From assembly GCA_020850475.1 (NCBI GenBank), contig JADZEO010000071.1, positions 19,712 through 83,711 of the forward strand: a stretch of DNA of 64,000 bases, in the 5' to 3' direction. Of this stretch, positions 54,629-64,000 are shown piece by piece. A program made the position numbers and the translations under genes. The notes under the pieces were generated by a model, which saw nothing but the letters and a program-made list of their open reading frames with translations, had not been told where the DNA came from and ran no database searches. Every line of letters begins with the position of its first letter. Position 1 is the stretch's first letter. The DNA comes from Bdellovibrionales bacterium (GTDB lineage Bacteria > Bdellovibrionota > Bdellovibrionia > Bdellovibrionales > UBA1609).

Positions 54629-55513
54629 TTAGAAGACGGCCCGGGATCCAAAGTTGAGCTTTTCCCGGAGTAGATCAAAATAATTGTGGCTCGGTCGGCG
54701 CAATACCAAATGTTCATTGGTATCCAAGCCGATGCTGATGTCATCTTCGCTTCCCACCTCACCCAAGCGTTGACCATCAACGGTGATGGAGGCGTTGGTA
54801 ATGCCCTTTTTGAGCTTAAAAACCAACTCACTCTTCTCGGGGAAAATAATGGGGCGATTGGTGAGGCTGTGGGGACAGATGGGCGTTACCACAAAGGAAC
54901 GCAAGCCAGGATGAAGAATGGGACCACCCGCTGCCAAATTGTAGGCGGTCGATCCCGTTGGGGCGGCGATGATGAGGCCGTCGGCCTTATAGTCGCAAAC
55001 GTGATGTTTGTCGCAAAACGCACTCAAGGTAATCATGTGGCTGCGCCCACCGCGCTCGATGACCACGTCGTTTAAGGCCGAGCCCTCAAAGCGCAACTTG
55101 CCTTTGCGGTGGATTAAAACTTTAACCATCGCACGTCGACGCATTTCCAATCGCCCCTCGAGCGCCAATTCAAGATTATGGTACAAATCTTCAATGCGCG
55201 TCTCGGTTAAGAATCCCAAAGAACCCATATTGACACCCAAAATCGGGGTTTGGCGGCCAGCCAAAAAGCGAACCGCTTCGAGGTAGGTTCCATCGCCGCC
55301 TAAGACCACGACTAGATCGATCGTGTCGAGCAGGGCCGTGGTCGCTTTTTTTACCTCACGTCCCAGCGCTTGATCAGGATGACAGTACACTTCGAGTTTG
55401 CGTTTTTTCAGCCAATGCGCGACTTCTCCCGCCACAGTTTTGGCCGAAGCTGTCCCTTGACGAAAAAGAATCAATACCTTCTTGGGATTTTTTGCTTTCA
55501 ATCGAGTTGCCAT
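54629..55513 (-). CDS. nadK: NAD(+) kinase
   Basis: VVVLGGDGTYL, the NDVV... motif and TGSTAYNLAAGGPI. Conserved nadK-recN adjacency. Confidence 0.9.
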   Translation of the reverse strand: MATRLKAKNPKKVLILFRQGTASAKTVAGEVAHWLKKRKLEVYCHPDQALGREVKKATTALLDTIDLVVVLGGDGTYLEAVRFLAGRQTPILGVNMGSLGFLTETRIEDLYHNLELALEGRLEMRRRAMVKVLIHRKGKLRFEGSALNDVVIERGGRSHMITLSAFCDKHHVCDYKADGLIIAAPTGSTAYNLAAGGPILHPGLRSFVVTPICPHSLTNRPIIFPEKSELVFKLKKGITNASITVDGQRLGEVGSEDDISIGLDTNEHLVLRRPSHNYFDLLREKLNFGSRAVF

Positions 55514-55515
55514 AG

Positions 55516-57579
55516 TTAAATCAATCCATCTCGGCGAAGAAGTGCATTCGGGTCCGGCTCCCGCCCACGGAATCGCTTATATAACACCATGGGGTGCTCG
55601 GTTCCTCCCCGCGACAAAATGTGAGTCTCAAACTTCTGGGCTACCTCACGGTTAAATAGGCCGCGCTCTTTAAAAAGCTCAAAGGCATCGGCGTCCAGGA
55701 CTTCCGCCCACTTGTAACTGTAGTAACCCGCCGAATAGCCGCCCCCAAAAATGTGCGAAAAGCCCGTTGAAAACAAAGTGCCGGGAATCTGCGGTAGGAC
55801 CGAGGAGCGGTCGGTCACTCGATGTTCGTACGTCGCAACATCTTTGATTTCGCTCGGGTCAACATCGTGAAAAGACATATCGAGCAATCCAAAGTTCACT
55901 TGGCGGAGACATTGGTAGCCCGCCATAAACCGGGCCGTGTCTTTGATCTTTTGGGCCAAGGCCACAGGTATCGCTTCGCCGGTTTCATAATGATGAGCGA
56001 ACAAATCGAGAGCTTCTTTTTCGAAGGTCCAATTTTCCAAAATTTGCGAGGGGAGTTCGACAAAATCCCAGTAGACGTTGGTGCCGGCTTGGCTGCGGTA
56101 GTAGCACTGAGTGAGCAAGCCGTGGAGAGCGTGGCCGAACTCGTGAAACAGTGTTTGCACTTCCATGAAGGTCAAAAGACTTGGTTTACCGGGCATGGGC
56201 TTAGTGAAGTTACAAACAATGCCCACGTGAGGACGCATCAGACCGTCGAGATAGTGGCCTTGTTCGCGAAAGTTGGTCATCCAGGCGCCGCCCTTTTTAC
56301 TGGGGCGTGGAAAAAAGTCAGCGTAGAACAGGCCAATAAAATCTCCACTGGCTTCTTTGGTGACTTCAAACACTCGAACATCTTTGTGATACTTGGGGTA
56401 ACCGGAGGTCTCCTTGAACTGCAGTCCGTAGAGCAACTGGGCATGTTTGAACACGCCTTCGACGACACTTTCGAGCTTAAAGTAAGGCCGCAGTTGCTCT
56501 TCGTCGAAGTGAAATTTGGCAATTTTATATTTCTCTGAATAATAGGCCAAATCCCACGACATCAATTCGCGCGGGCCACCCTGCTCACGGGCAAAGCGGG
56601 CCACTTCGGCAATTTCCATCTGGGCGGCGGGCTTTGAGACTTGCAAAAGCCGCCCGAGGAAGGAATTGACGACCTGAGGGCTTTCCGCCATGCGCTTTTT
56701 GAGAACAAAATCGGCATGAGTCGGATAGCCCAATAAGTTGGCCCGTTGGTGGCGCAGACCAACGATCTGTTTGATCAGCTCCAGGTTGTCAAAGGGACCG
56801 CCCACACATCGAGAAGTATAGGCTCGCCACATCTTTTCTCGGTACTCGCGTAAATCCGAGTATTTCATGAAGGCCAGGTAACTGGGGGCATCCAAGGTGA
56901 ACAGCCAGCCGGATTGGCCCTTTTCGCTTGCGGCATGGGCCGCGGCTTCGCGAGCGGAGTCGGGGAGTCCCGCCAATTCCTTTTCCTCTTTGATCCAAAG
57001 TTCAAAGGCGTTGGTGGCTTTGAGAACATTGTCGTTGAAATGCGGACCTAGCTTCGAAAGATCCTCATCCAGTTTACGCAACTGTTCCTTTTGCGCAGGG
57101 CTCAAGAGGGCACCATTGCGAGCAAAATCCAAGTAAGCATCATCCAACAAAGTGAGCTGTTGGGGGCTCAGGCGCGCACGCTCGGGACCATCGTGAACTG
57201 CCTTGACCCGGGCAAAGAGCTTGGCATCGTGAAGGACGTCGCTGGAAAAATTCGACATCAATGGGCCGATGCGGGCAGCGAGGGCTTGCAGCTCATCGCT
57301 GGTTTCCGCGCTCAGTTGGCTGTAGTACACGTGCGAAATAATCTCCACCAGCTCGCCATTCATCTCCATCGCTTCTATGGTGTTGGCAAAGCTGGGGGCC
57401 TCAGGATTATTTTTGATTTGTTCGATGCCGGCCTTGGCTCGGCGGATGGCCTCTTCTAAAGCCGGCAGATAGTGCTCAACCTTAATTTCTGGAAAGGGCA
57501 CCGCATGGTGAGGGTGAGGTGAGGTTTTTAGGAGAGGATTAGAGCTCAGGCTGTCGGAGTGGGCGTGCTTTTGTGTCAT
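55516..57579 (-). CDS. M3-family zinc metallopeptidase (oligopeptidase A / peptidyl-dipeptidase Dcp type)
   Basis: 687 aa. TLFHEFGHALHGLL zinc motif followed by FVELPSQILENW. Confidence 0.9.
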   Translation of the reverse strand: MTQKHAHSDSLSSNPLLKTSPHPHHAVPFPEIKVEHYLPALEEAIRRAKAGIEQIKNNPEAPSFANTIEAMEMNGELVEIISHVYYSQLSAETSDELQALAARIGPLMSNFSSDVLHDAKLFARVKAVHDGPERARLSPQQLTLLDDAYLDFARNGALLSPAQKEQLRKLDEDLSKLGPHFNDNVLKATNAFELWIKEEKELAGLPDSAREAAAHAASEKGQSGWLFTLDAPSYLAFMKYSDLREYREKMWRAYTSRCVGGPFDNLELIKQIVGLRHQRANLLGYPTHADFVLKKRMAESPQVVNSFLGRLLQVSKPAAQMEIAEVARFAREQGGPRELMSWDLAYYSEKYKIAKFHFDEEQLRPYFKLESVVEGVFKHAQLLYGLQFKETSGYPKYHKDVRVFEVTKEASGDFIGLFYADFFPRPSKKGGAWMTNFREQGHYLDGLMRPHVGIVCNFTKPMPGKPSLLTFMEVQTLFHEFGHALHGLLTQCYYRSQAGTNVYWDFVELPSQILENWTFEKEALDLFAHHYETGEAIPVALAQKIKDTARFMAGYQCLRQVNFGLLDMSFHDVDPSEIKDVATYEHRVTDRSSVLPQIPGTLFSTGFSHIFGGGYSAGYYSYKWAEVLDADAFELFKERGLFNREVAQKFETHILSRGGTEHPMVLYKRFRGREPDPNALLRRDGLI

Positions 57580-57698
57580 TAAATTTGGATATCACGGGGG
57601 AGTCCGTTGGTGAAGTACTTTGGGCTCCAAAACAAGAAGGCCGTCAGGTGCATGACGGCCTAAGTCATATGTCAGTTTTTGAAACGCGGTCGAGAACC

Positions 57699-58256
57699 TT
57701 AGAAGGTTCCCCAGCACCAGCGGAGTGTTCCGCCCAGGGTGTCGCCGCAGCGGCATTGGGGATTACCAGCGTAGCAACTCGCCAAGATCGGACGACCCGG
57801 ATACCACACGCCGCCCATGTAGATGCTATTCAAATAAGATGTACTAAACGAGGCCGCTAAACTGGTGTAGCCCATGCAAACAATCGTGTTACCCATGAGT
57901 ACGGGGTAGAAAACGCCGTGGGTATAAACTGAACAGCCGTTCCCTTGGACCGTTTGGTAGGGAAGAAAGTTTTGGTTGTTAAACATGTTGTTGTTGCATT
58001 GAACCGGATTATTGGCAGCATCAACATATACACTACGCGACGGATCCCAGCGGAAGTTGGTACAGCTGTTAGTTCCCGTATTACAAGTCACGACTCGCCC
58101 TTGAGCATCGTAGTAAAAACCATTGCGGTAGGTGTACTGTGCGCAGTTGGCACTGGCGGGAGTGACGGCAACGGCACTATTCTTCTTTTTGTCCTTGCCG
58201 CATCCGGCAAGACCTACAGAAAGTGCAACGAATCCGAGCAACAATAGCCTTTTCAT
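57699..58256 (-). CDS. Cys-rich lipoprotein (185 aa)
   Basis: Start at the internal ATG 58256 (MKRLLLLGFVALSVGLAGC, a lipobox). The mature part has 11 further Cys and many Asn/Tyr/Gly. Confidence 0.6.
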   Translation of the reverse strand: MKRLLLLGFVALSVGLAGCGKDKKKNSAVAVTPASANCAQYTYRNGFYYDAQGRVVTCNTGTNSCTNFRWDPSRSVYVDAANNPVQCNNNMFNNQNFLPYQTVQGNGCSVYTHGVFYPVLMGNTIVCMGYTSLAASFSTSYLNSIYMGGVWYPGRPILASCYAGNPQCRCGDTLGGTLRWCWGTF

Positions 58257-58479
58257 GTGAAACATCCTCCCATGCCAAAAGGAATAGCGTTCTATTTCAA
58301 CCACCGTTGATCCAACAAATATGCCAGAGCTCAGCTGGCGCTAAATGCGCCCCAACCCCTCGATTCAGGGGACTGTGCCCTAAATCGTCAGTCACCCGAC
58401 GAGCGATGCCTATTTTCGGCCCAAGTCCTTGCTCTCCCCCCGGTTATTGGGCATGCTTTTGGTGAAAGGGGGGATCCTT

Positions 58480-59046
58480 ATGATGCGCCTGTTTTTCGCA
58501 GTCATTCTAGGGGTTCTGGTTACTTGGAGCCCAGCCTACGGACTCAAGGATTACAAACGCTCGATGCCCAAAAAGGTGAACTCTTATCTTAGCGAGGGCG
58601 TGGTCATTGGCGGTATTGCCGGCACGGGATTTACCTTGCGGGAAGTGCGGCGGAAGTTTGGGGCCAAGTCCAAAATGGAACGAGTGGTTTTAGATTTGGG
58701 CGATGAAAATGGTGAGCCGATTAAGGGGTCACCGGCCTATTACCACGTCGAAGTCGATCAGAAGAAATCTCGAGTGATTATGGATTTGTCGCAAGTACAG
58801 CGGTCCAAAATGACCGAGAAGCAACTTCGGAACGTCTTTATGGGATCTCCCTATTTAGCGCTCGATAGCATTACCTATGATCCCGAAGATGGAGCGACTA
58901 ACCTAACACTGCGGATGAAGCGTCCAATTAAGGTCGAGATTTTTTCTCCCAACGATGCCAAGAAAAACGGCCGCATTATTTTAGATGTTTCCCCGGTTGA
59001 GATGGACCGTCCGAGTTCGGCCCCAACCGGCAAGAAAAAGGGATAA
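58480..59046 (+). CDS. secreted hypothetical protein (possible AMIN-like fold)
   Basis: Start at ATG 58480 (MMRLFFAVILGVLVTWSPAYG). RVVLDLGD...SRVIMDLSQV...GRIILDVSP resembles AMIN-domain strands. This is an impression by eye only. Confidence 0.5.
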   Translation: MMRLFFAVILGVLVTWSPAYGLKDYKRSMPKKVNSYLSEGVVIGGIAGTGFTLREVRRKFGAKSKMERVVLDLGDENGEPIKGSPAYYHVEVDQKKSRVIMDLSQVQRSKMTEKQLRNVFMGSPYLALDSITYDPEDGATNLTLRMKRPIKVEIFSPNDAKKNGRIILDVSPVEMDRPSSAPTGKKKG

Positions 59047-59049
59047 CGA

Positions 59050-59847
59050 GTGTCCTGGAACCGATTAAGACTCCTTTGCGGGTTGGCGAGTGCTCTCGCG
59101 GTGGCGGCCTGGTCGGGGGTCGCCGAAGCACGGGTGTTCAATTTTGGTAACGAGTACCTCGCCTCTTATTTGCGTGCGACTGGGGGTCCCTCGGGTGTGG
59201 GCACTGATGCCTTTGGCCTGGCGGGCGGTCTCGACACTGTTTATGACGACGAAGTTGCATATAATTTTAGCGGGGAAATTGGCTTCTTATTGACCTTCAA
59301 GGATCGAGTCACCTTACGTGTCGGCATGGAAGTCCTAGAAACCAAACCACTGAGTGAGGCACCCGGAACCAACGCCTCGGGGACTAACCGATTTCTTCTT
59401 GATAGCAAAGTTTTGGTTTTGCAGCCGGTGGCCACTTTTGAAGTCAATTTGTTGCCTCAACCAGATTCGCGGGTTTACTTTTTTGCCGGCGCGGGCTTGG
59501 CCGACGTGACTTTAGATAACGAATTTACGATGACGGCCACCGGTACCGCCGAGTTGGGCGGAGTTACGGATTTTTCTGAAAAAGCCAAAACCACGCGCAT
59601 CAGTGGTCATGGGGGATTTGGTTACGAAATGCTGATGGCAGATACCGTCACGGTCGCCTTTGAACTTGGTTATCGCTATTTGCCACTTCCTAAACTTGAG
59701 TTTAAGAGTGGGGCGACCACCATCGCCCAAGGTGCGGTGGCGGAAGGCGCGACTCTATTAGATGGCGACGGCACCAAGCGCGAACTTGACATGAGCGGCG
59801 CCTTTGTTTCAGTGGGCTTTCGCTTTTACATCGACTTTTCTCGGTGA
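59050..59847 (+). CDS. putative outer-membrane beta-barrel protein
   Basis: GTG start 3 nt after the previous stop. Signal peptide ending VAEA. Alternating hydrophobic beta-strand pattern; C-terminal ...VSVGFRFYIDFSR. Confidence 0.55.
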   Translation: MSWNRLRLLCGLASALAVAAWSGVAEARVFNFGNEYLASYLRATGGPSGVGTDAFGLAGGLDTVYDDEVAYNFSGEIGFLLTFKDRVTLRVGMEVLETKPLSEAPGTNASGTNRFLLDSKVLVLQPVATFEVNLLPQPDSRVYFFAGAGLADVTLDNEFTMTATGTAELGGVTDFSEKAKTTRISGHGGFGYEMLMADTVTVAFELGYRYLPLPKLEFKSGATTIAQGAVAEGATLLDGDGTKRELDMSGAFVSVGFRFYIDFSR

Positions 59848-59877
59848 TCTTCGATTGGGGAATCCAATCCTCAGCAA

Positions 59878-61677
59878 CTATAAAACACTGCCGTCGAGTC
59901 CATAAAGATTTTCTAAAACATCTTTGAACTTTTCGTCACACACACGGCGTTTAACTTTTAAACTCGGGGTGAGCTCGCCGGTCTCCACCGAAAAATCATT
60001 GGGTAGAATGGCAAAATTCTTAATGGTTTCAAAAGAGGCCAATTGGCTATTCACCTCAGCCACGGCGTCACGGATGAGCTCTTTGATTCGCGGGTGTTGG
60101 CTCAGGCTGGGGAGATCGCTGTAGGAAATGTTGTACTGGTGAGCATAGTCTTGAATGGCATCGGCATTGAGCGTGATTAAAGCCACGATGTACTTACGTC
60201 GCTCGCCATGGATGAGAGCCTGGGAAACGTACTTGCTGAGCTTGAGGAGATTTTCAAGTCTTTGGGGGGCCACGTACTTCCCGCCCGCCGTCTTGATGAG
60301 GTCCTTCTTGCGATCGGTGATTCGTAGGAATCCATCGTCGGTGAATTCGCCGATGTCTCCCGTCTTAAAAAAACCATCAGGAGTGAAGGCAGTGCGCGTG
60401 GCTGCTGCATCTTGATCGTACTCGGTCATCACCTTTTGACTGTGAACCAGAACTTCGCCATCTTCAGCGAGCCGAACTTGCACGTCGCCAAACGGTTTGC
60501 CGACAGTCCCAAACCGGTAGTCGAGTGGCGTGTTGACGGTCACCGCGGCGGTGGTCTCCGTCAGGCCGTAGCCCTCCAGGAGCAAAATGTTGGCTGAGTG
60601 AAAGAACTCGGCGATCTCCCGGCTTAAGGGTGCCCCCCCCGAAACGGCAAACCGCAGTCGCCCGCCGAGGCGCTGTTGAAGTGGATCAAAAATCAATTTT
60701 TTGGCGGCAACAAATTGGGCGAGGTCGACCGAGCCCAGGGGTTGGCGTTGCAGGCGGGCCGAGCTCACTTTCTTACCGGCCTTTACTGCCCAGTTAAACA
60801 GACGATGGCGGAGGGGGTGGGCTTCAACTTGGGTGCGAATGCCGTTGTATATTTTTTCGAACACGCGTGGGACGCCGATCAAAATGGTGGGTTGGGTTTC
60901 TTGCAGATTCGCCCGAAGTTTTTCGAGGCTTTCAGCGAAATTGAGAGTAAATCCTGCATACAGCGCTCCCCAGCCCTCGACTCGTCCCAGAATGTGGGCG
61001 TAGGGGAGAAACGACAGCGAGCTGTCCCGCTCATCGACGCCGATCACCTGAAAGATTTCGCGGATCTCGCTCATGATCTGGGCGTGGGTCAAGACGACGC
61101 CCTTGGGTCTTCCGGTGGTTCCAGAGGTGTAAATGATGGTCGCCAACTGTTGGAGTTTGTTCGCGTGAATCGCGGTCATCAAAAAATCGGTTTCTTCCTC
61201 GGCCCAGCGACGTCCCGAAATAATCGCCTCTTTCCAATTGGTGACCTGTTCCTCTTTTGAGCCGTGGCCGGAGAACACCAACACGTCGCGCACTTGCGGG
61301 CAGCGGGGTGCGATGTTTTGAAAGCGCGCCACGAGTTCCGAGGATTCGATAAGAATCATTCGGCACTGGGAGTTGTTGAGAATAAATTCAACGTCCTCTT
61401 CGCGGTTGCTCGTATAAATCGGAACCGTCACCGCTCCAATCGCGAGGATCGCGAGGTCAGCAATGAGCCATTCGACCCGAGTCGAGGCTAAGATGGCCAC
61501 CCGATCGCCACGCTGGATCCCCTTTTGCACTAAAAATCCAGCGAGGGATTCCACTTCGCGATAGAATTCACGCCAGGTCCAGCCCACCCAGCGGTCGCCG
61601 GACTTAAAGCGAATGGCGATGCCGCGTTCGGGGCGTTTGAGAGCGTCAATCAAGTAGTGAGTGAGAGTGCGTTCCAT
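59878..61677 (-). CDS. long-chain fatty acid--CoA ligase (AMP-forming acyl-CoA synthetase)
   Basis: AMP-binding motif IIYTSGTTGRPKGV, GYGLTET, FKTGDIGEF, and C-terminal LTPSLKVKRR. Confidence 0.88.
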   Translation of the reverse strand: MERTLTHYLIDALKRPERGIAIRFKSGDRWVGWTWREFYREVESLAGFLVQKGIQRGDRVAILASTRVEWLIADLAILAIGAVTVPIYTSNREEDVEFILNNSQCRMILIESSELVARFQNIAPRCPQVRDVLVFSGHGSKEEQVTNWKEAIISGRRWAEEETDFLMTAIHANKLQQLATIIYTSGTTGRPKGVVLTHAQIMSEIREIFQVIGVDERDSSLSFLPYAHILGRVEGWGALYAGFTLNFAESLEKLRANLQETQPTILIGVPRVFEKIYNGIRTQVEAHPLRHRLFNWAVKAGKKVSSARLQRQPLGSVDLAQFVAAKKLIFDPLQQRLGGRLRFAVSGGAPLSREIAEFFHSANILLLEGYGLTETTAAVTVNTPLDYRFGTVGKPFGDVQVRLAEDGEVLVHSQKVMTEYDQDAAATRTAFTPDGFFKTGDIGEFTDDGFLRITDRKKDLIKTAGGKYVAPQRLENLLKLSKYVSQALIHGERRKYIVALITLNADAIQDYAHQYNISYSDLPSLSQHPRIKELIRDAVAEVNSQLASFETIKNFAILPNDFSVETGELTPSLKVKRRVCDEKFKDVLENLYGLDGSVL

Positions 61678-61712
61678 GATGCCGTCTTGCTTCTGTTTGT
61701 ATGTTGGCCAGA

Positions 61713-64000
61713 CTACTTGTTGCGACCAGCCTTTTTGAGATAAAGAGTAACACTCTTCTTTTGATCTCGCGAAAGAAAAACCTTTTCCTCAGCGTCGAGA
61801 GCACTCAACGGGTCGACGGCCCGAACCACAACCCAGGTTTCAGCCGGAACCGCGTAATTGTAGATCGGGAGCATTTCACCCGAGAGCCTTTGCCCGTTAA
61901 CGAAAACTTTTACGGCACGGGGAGGAATCACGTCGATATTGAGATAGCCCACCAAGGCCTTTTGCAGAGTAGCGGCCAGCTTGCGACCGGTTTCGGAGCG
62001 GAGTAAGTCCTTGCGCTCATAGTCGATGTAACCGGTGCGCTTTAAGGTGATCAAAAATTTCTCAGTCGAGGGCACGGTAATTTTGCTTGGGGTGACTTTG
62101 CCCGTGTTGACCGCGTTTAAGTAGATCTCCGCTCCTGAGGGAGTACTCGTAATAAGCAACTCGGCTTGACCGCCCTTGCCGATTATTTCTAAAGGATCAT
62201 CCGGGCTCAAGGGTTGCAAGTCTGGAACTGTTGGAGTCGGATTTGTCGGCACGAGCGCCACCTTTGTGCCTTCGGGTTGTGGCGGGGTCGGCGGGCGCAC
62301 GGGGTGAACGGGCGGTGGGGTTGGCGGTGTTGTCGCGGCCACCGGTGGTTGCTCGGGATTTTTAAGAGTGTCGGTCCCTGAACTCAATTGAATATCACCA
62401 GAGCCTAGAGCTTTGTGGAGTGAACCGAGGATCGGCTCGGTCAAATTCATGACCGGACTCATTTGATTTGGGTAAAATTTGACAGCAAAAGCATAGATCA
62501 ACAGGCCTACCACCGCGCCCATGAGTAAGCCAAAGCCGCGTTTGCCACTGGCCGCCCCTTCCATGCTTGCCGTCGAAGTGTAACGAGACAAACTGTAGGA
62601 CGAATACTGATTAAAGGAGCTCGGATCTTTCTCTTCGGCTTCTGGATCCAAGGCCATTGGTTCAGGATGCTGCTGCTGGTATTGCCCCTCGCCACCACGA
62701 CCTGGATCTGTCGGTCTTTGGCCGTTGATTTCCTGGCCCTGCTGCAACCGCATGACTTCAGCCAATGCATTTTCATCAATTCCGCCATAATTGGGATCTT
62801 GCGACGAAGCACCATTGGGAGATGAGGGCCGTTGTCCGATGATTCGCACCCCACCGCGCATTTGATTGCCGCCCCGGTGGTCCGGCGTTGGTGGCGCGGT
62901 CTTGCCGCTGGTCGAGGCCTTCTGCACGAGGGCCTGCAAATTGTCTTTGAGTTTCTTTTTGGCCAACAACTCGGCTTCGGACTGAGCGGAGGGGGCGTTT
63001 TGCGGAGGAGCGTCCACCTTGGTGGATTCCTTGATCTTAAAGGCATTGGTGCCCGCGTCGCGCTCATTGGTAAAGTCGATATTCGAATTCGAAAAAGTAT
63101 TGGGTCGGGATGAAGACTCCGACTCAGATTCGGTTTCAGTTTCAGTCCCCGTGGCGTCGGCCAAGTGAACTGGTACAATTTTTCCAGGATCGGGCAGATT
63201 CTGCAATCTTGGACCGTTGGCTTTGTTTTTAGCGGGAGCAGGACCGGTGACCACTCGGCGCGAGGGCTCTTCGTCCAGCGGAATTTGCACTCCCAGAGAA
63301 TCAAAATTCACTTTCGCATACTCAATGAGGCGGCGACGAGTTTCGAGAATTTCATCCGCAAACAAGGTTTTAACGAAGACGCTAAAATCGTGCGGCGAAA
63401 AATCCGGAAACTGGCGGTTGAGGTAACGGTTGAGATCGCGGTGCATTGCCGCCGATGTTTGGTAACGAAGATTGCGATCGCGGGCCAGCGCTTTGTGGAC
63501 AATCCGCTCAAGCTCGGCGTGAATGTTGGGATTGATTTTGCGCAAGCTCGGAATCTGACAGTCGCGAATCTTCCTCAGAGTATTGATTTCGTTATTAGCA
63601 ATAAAAAGCCGGTCGTTGGCCAACAGTTCCCACAAGACCGTGCCCATCGAGAAAATGTCGGTGCGCAAATCCACCGGCTGGCCTTCGGCCTGCTCGGGGC
63701 TCATGTAACCAAACTTTCCCTTGAGGGTGCCGGCGCGAGTGGTCTCGAGCTGGCTCTCGGCTTTGGCGATACCAAAGTCGACGATCTTAACCTCACCTTC
63801 GTAGCTGACCATGACGTTTTGCGGACTCATATCACGGTGAGTGATGTTGAGTGGCTTTCCGGTCGTTCCGTCCAAGCACCGGTGGGCGTGGTCGAGGCCA
63901 GCCGCGACTTCTTTACAAACATACACGATCTGATCAATCGAGAATTGGGTGTTGGACTTTTTCATTTTGTTAAGGATTTGACGAAGGTTGCGTCCTTCGA
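61713..64000 (-). CDS. Ser/Thr protein kinase with C-terminal PEGA domains (N-terminus beyond the window)
   Basis: ITHRDMSPQNVMV, KIVDFGIAKA and GYMSPEQ place the window edge in kinase subdomain V. The frame stays open upstream of the first Met (EGRNLRQILNK-MKKS...) to position 64000. A TM segment and PEGA-like LLITSTPSGAEIYLNAVNTGKVTPSKITVP lie near the C-terminus. Confidence 0.85.
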   Translation of the reverse strand, partial: EGRNLRQILNKMKKSNTQFSIDQIVYVCKEVAAGLDHAHRCLDGTTGKPLNITHRDMSPQNVMVSYEGEVKIVDFGIAKAESQLETTRAGTLKGKFGYMSPEQAEGQPVDLRTDIFSMGTVLWELLANDRLFIANNEINTLRKIRDCQIPSLRKINPNIHAELERIVHKALARDRNLRYQTSAAMHRDLNRYLNRQFPDFSPHDFSVFVKTLFADEILETRRRLIEYAKVNFDSLGVQIPLDEEPSRRVVTGPAPAKNKANGPRLQNLPDPGKIVPVHLADATGTETETESESESSSRPNTFSNSNIDFTNERDAGTNAFKIKESTKVDAPPQNAPSAQSEAELLAKKKLKDNLQALVQKASTSGKTAPPTPDHRGGNQMRGGVRIIGQRPSSPNGASSQDPNYGGIDENALAEVMRLQQGQEINGQRPTDPGRGGEGQYQQQHPEPMALDPEAEEKDPSSFNQYSSYSLSRYTSTASMEGAASGKRGFGLLMGAVVGLLIYAFAVKFYPNQMSPVMNLTEPILGSLHKALGSGDIQLSSGTDTLKNPEQPPVAATTPPTPPPVHPVRPPTPPQPEGTKVALVPTNPTPTVPDLQPLSPDDPLEIIGKGGQAELLITSTPSGAEIYLNAVNTGKVTPSKITVPSTEKFLITLKRTGYIDYERKDLLRSETGRKLAATLQKALVGYLNIDVIPPRAVKVFVNGQRLSGEMLPIYNYAVPAETWVVVRAVDPLSALDAEEKVFLSRDQKKSVTLYLKKAGRNK

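Noticed and set aside
1-64000. Scan for CRISPR arrays, tRNA/rRNA genes, transposases, integrases, reverse transcriptases, toxin-antitoxin pairs or known defence-system enzymes
   Set aside because: I recognised none by eye. No regularly spaced direct repeats, no cloverleaf-compatible intergenic segments, and no ORF with the corresponding catalytic motifs. A tRNAscan, Infernal or DefenseFinder run would be needed to make this negative result firm.

Overview
Gene-dense chromosomal segment of about 60 CDS. GC looks near 50% by eye; I did not compute it. Gene content suggests a Bdellovibrio-like (Bdellovibrionota) genome, but that is an inference, not a search result. The clues are a TIGR02147-type paralog, a stand-alone motAB pair, many secreted proteins and lipoproteins, and the dcw gene order.

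Layout:
- 1-2.2 kb: small accessory-looking block (HTH gene, minimal PP-loop ATPase, hypothetical, ssb paralog).
- 2.3-6.3 kb: pal, a DUF4398-like gene, cpoB, tsaD, rsmA, smpB.
- 6.2-27.9 kb: mixed envelope, motility and housekeeping genes. These include a HAMP membrane protein, a repeat lipoprotein, an EEP nuclease, rluB, dsbD, motAB, a DnaQ-like exonuclease, an LspA-HAMP fusion, an RR-GGDEF protein, a peptide-binding protein, dacB, an mltD-like gene, hpt, tdk, an HExxH protein and bcp.
- 28.0-48.6 kb: near-complete dcw cluster, mraZ-rsmH-ftsL-ftsI-murE-murF-mraY-murD-ftsW-murG-murC-murB ... ftsQ-ftsA-ftsZ.
- 48.7-64.0 kb: lpxH, a GMC oxidoreductase, an LRR protein, recN, nadK, an M3 peptidase, envelope proteins, an acyl-CoA ligase and a PEGA-domain Ser/Thr kinase that runs off the right edge.

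I saw no rRNA, tRNA, CRISPR array, transposase or integrase, and no recognisable defence system.

The most unusual observations:
1. A 3.2-kb opposite-strand island of secreted and lipoprotein genes sits between murB and ftsQ, where ddl normally lies. One of its genes is broken by a single in-frame TAA.
2. A perfect 36-bp inverted repeat at 11477..11599 supplies identical C-terminal peptides and stop codons to two convergent genes.
3. A roughly 480-nt non-coding gap before the LRR gene has long-range pairing and a strong intrinsic terminator.
4. mraZ has a textbook-looking promoter and operator array.
5. Signal peptidase II is fused to a 2TM-HAMP module.

All functional calls rest on motif recognition by eye. 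No database searches were run.
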